A DNA stretch of 63,711 nucleotides, filler included, from Octopus bimaculoides (Eukaryota), in assembly GCF_001194135.2 (NCBI RefSeq). It is 5 parts of 5 records of this genome, joined end to end, with 100 filler letters (N's around TTAATTAATTAA, not from the genome) between each part and the next. Parts side by side here need not be neighbours in the genome. Positions count along the whole stretch, not along the records: positions 60,898 to 63,711 come from NW_026423437.1; 4 more parts are not named here. The stretch is one strand, 5' to 3'. The stretch's first letter is position 1. Each line of letters starts with the position of its first letter. The notes beneath the pieces were generated by a model. It was given only the letters and a program-made list of their open reading frames with translations, was not told the DNA's origin and did no database searches. The translations under genes and the position numbers were made by a program. Shown piece by piece: positions 61,756 through 63,711 of the stretch.

Positions 61756-63178
61756 ACACACACACACTCTCTCTCTCTCTCGCTCTCTCTCTTTCTCTCT
61801 CTCTCGCTCTCTCTCTTTCTCTCTCTCTCGCTCTCTCTCTTTNNNNNNNNNNNNNNNNNNNNNNNNNNNNNNNNNNNNNNNNNNNNNNNNNNNNNNNNNN
61901 NNNNNNNNNNNNNNNNNNNNNNNNNNNNNNNNNNNNNNNNNNNNNNNNNNNNNNNNNNNNNNNNNNNNNNNNNNNNNNNNNNNNNNNNNNNNNNNNNNNN
62001 NNNNNNNNNNNNNNNNNNNNNNNNNNNNNNNNNNNNNNNNNNNNNNNNNNNNNNNNNNNNNNNNNNNNNNNNNNNNNNNNNNNNNNNNNNNNNNNNNNNN
62101 NNNNNNNNNNNNNNNNNNNNNNNNNNNNNNNNNNNNNNNNNNNNNNNNNNNNNNNNNNNNNNNNNNNNNNNNNNNNNNNNNNNNNNNNNNNNNNNNNNNN
62201 NNNNNNNNNNNNNNNNNNNNNNNNNNNNNNNNNNNNNNNNNNNNNNNNNNNNNNNNNNNNNNNNNNNNNNNNNNNNNNNNNNNNNNNNNNNNNNNNNNNN
62301 NNNNNNNNNNNNNNNNNNNNNNNNNNNNNNNNNNNNNNNNNNNNNNNNNNNNNNNNNNNNNNNNNNNNNNNNNNNNNNNNNNNNNNNNNNNNNNNNNNNN
62401 NNNNNNNNNNNNNNNNNNNNNNNNNNNNNNNNNNNNNNNNNNNNNNNNNNNNNNNNNNNNNNNNNNNNNNNNNNNNNNNNNNNNNNNNNNNNNNNNNNNN
62501 NNNNNNNNNNNNNNNNNNNNNNNNNNNNNNNNNNNNNNNNNNNNNNNNNNNNNNNNNNNNNNNNNNNNNNNNNNNNNNNNNNNNNNNNNNNNNNNNNNNN
62601 NNNNNNNNNNNNNNNNNNNNNNNNNNNGTGTGTGTGTAGCATAAATACTTAGTGACAGCTTATTTATTCCTTTGCCCCTCTATTGCTTGTTTTTATTTAA
62701 TATATTTATACATTTACTCATTTTGTTCTTCTGAATTAATTTTTTTTGTCTTCTCTTTACATAGCTTTTAGTAAATCGTGGGTATGAATTACCCCGAATT
62801 CCTTTGGCTGCTGTTAGCTGAAGTAGCAGCAGGACTGGGTTGTGGCGGGTGCTTGTGTTAGTGTGTGTGTGTGCGGGCGGGCGCGTGTATGTGTGTGCAA
62901 AGCATTTCATGCAATGATCTGTTATCTAACGTAGTCATGCTTACAATTACTGGTACAAACGCACGCAATCACTCACTCACACAAACAAACACACGCCTTA
63001 ATCTATTCTCATTCCTACATATATACACAAATTGTATGCATATGTGCATATATATGCGTATGTGTGGCACACACACACGCATACATATATCAACTGTATA
63101 TATACAGTAGATACATATATATATATATGCATATATATATGTATATATATATGTATATATATATATATNNNNNNNNNN

Positions 63179-63221
<43 letters not shown>

Positions 63222-63288
63222 ATGTATGTGTGTGTGTGTATATATATATATGTGCGTTTGTGTGTAAATATATGTATATATGTCTATA

Positions 63289-63711
63289 CAGAGTTCGATG
63301 GGTAACTTGTCACCATTTTATATTTTTAATATCACGTCTATGAGAAAAACAGCACAATGACGCAATTCACTCTGCCAGAAATTTGGAAACGACATGCTGT
63401 ACTGCTTAACATTCTCGCTGGAAGCTCCAATACGAACATTTCAGAGTTTTCGGGTGTCAATCTGAGGACAGCGCAGTCTGTAGACGCGTAGCGAGAGTGA
63501 TAAAAATGAAACAACCAGTCAACATCTTGGTGTTTGGAGTGATCACTAGTGATGTCGATGTTATGCCTCCATTCATCTTCACACACGGCCTCAGACTCAG
63601 CACGGAGGCCTACATCAAATGCCTGGAGGAGGTAGTGCTGCTCTGGGTCAAGAGGGTGATTCTGGAAGACCCTATGTCTGGCAACAGGACTCTGCGCCAT
63701 GCCACACAAGC
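63289..63711 (+). mobile_element. Internally deleted Tc1/mariner-superfamily element (runs off the window)
   Basis: TA|CAGAG terminus, N-terminus MTQFTLPEIWKRHAV, then a jump to VFGVITSD...PPFIF...LEEVV...YVWQQDSAPCHTS. Confidence 0.85.

Overview
AT-rich, microsatellite-dense eukaryotic (animal) genomic scaffold with many N gaps. The SINE families and repeat landscape point to a coleoid cephalopod, probably Octopus; this is inferred, not database-checked. Two convergent multi-exon genes are well supported by motifs and by GT/AG splice sites with consistent phases. One is a GPI-type alkaline phosphatase on + (exons from about 27.7 kb to 36765; the first exon is uncertain). The other is cytoplasmic tryptophanyl-tRNA synthetase on - (50479 to 40081), whose HIGH-motif exon is not visible and probably lies in the gap at 45015-45365. 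The rest is mostly decayed mobile DNA: three tRNA-derived SINE families; RTE, CR1, R4/NeSL-type and Tx1 LINE fragments; Penelope relics; mariner/Tc1 remnants; piggyBac-type and foldback MITEs; and a Helentron-associated element. The most unusual items are: (i) a 251-bp insertion with a 13-bp target-site duplication, made of 78-bp fold-back arms around a minimal hammerhead ribozyme; (ii) a second hammerhead-like family with a variant core; (iii) several decayed, intronless, unidentified ORFs in the first 10 kb, possibly an endogenous virus or Polinton-like relic; (iv) a compact TATA/CCAAT/E2F-like promoter heading a poly(A)-tailed chimeric RTE unit. No CRISPR array, rRNA or true tRNA gene was found. 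Most entries in the supplied ORF track are artefacts of microsatellites or N runs. All counts and alignments were done by hand.
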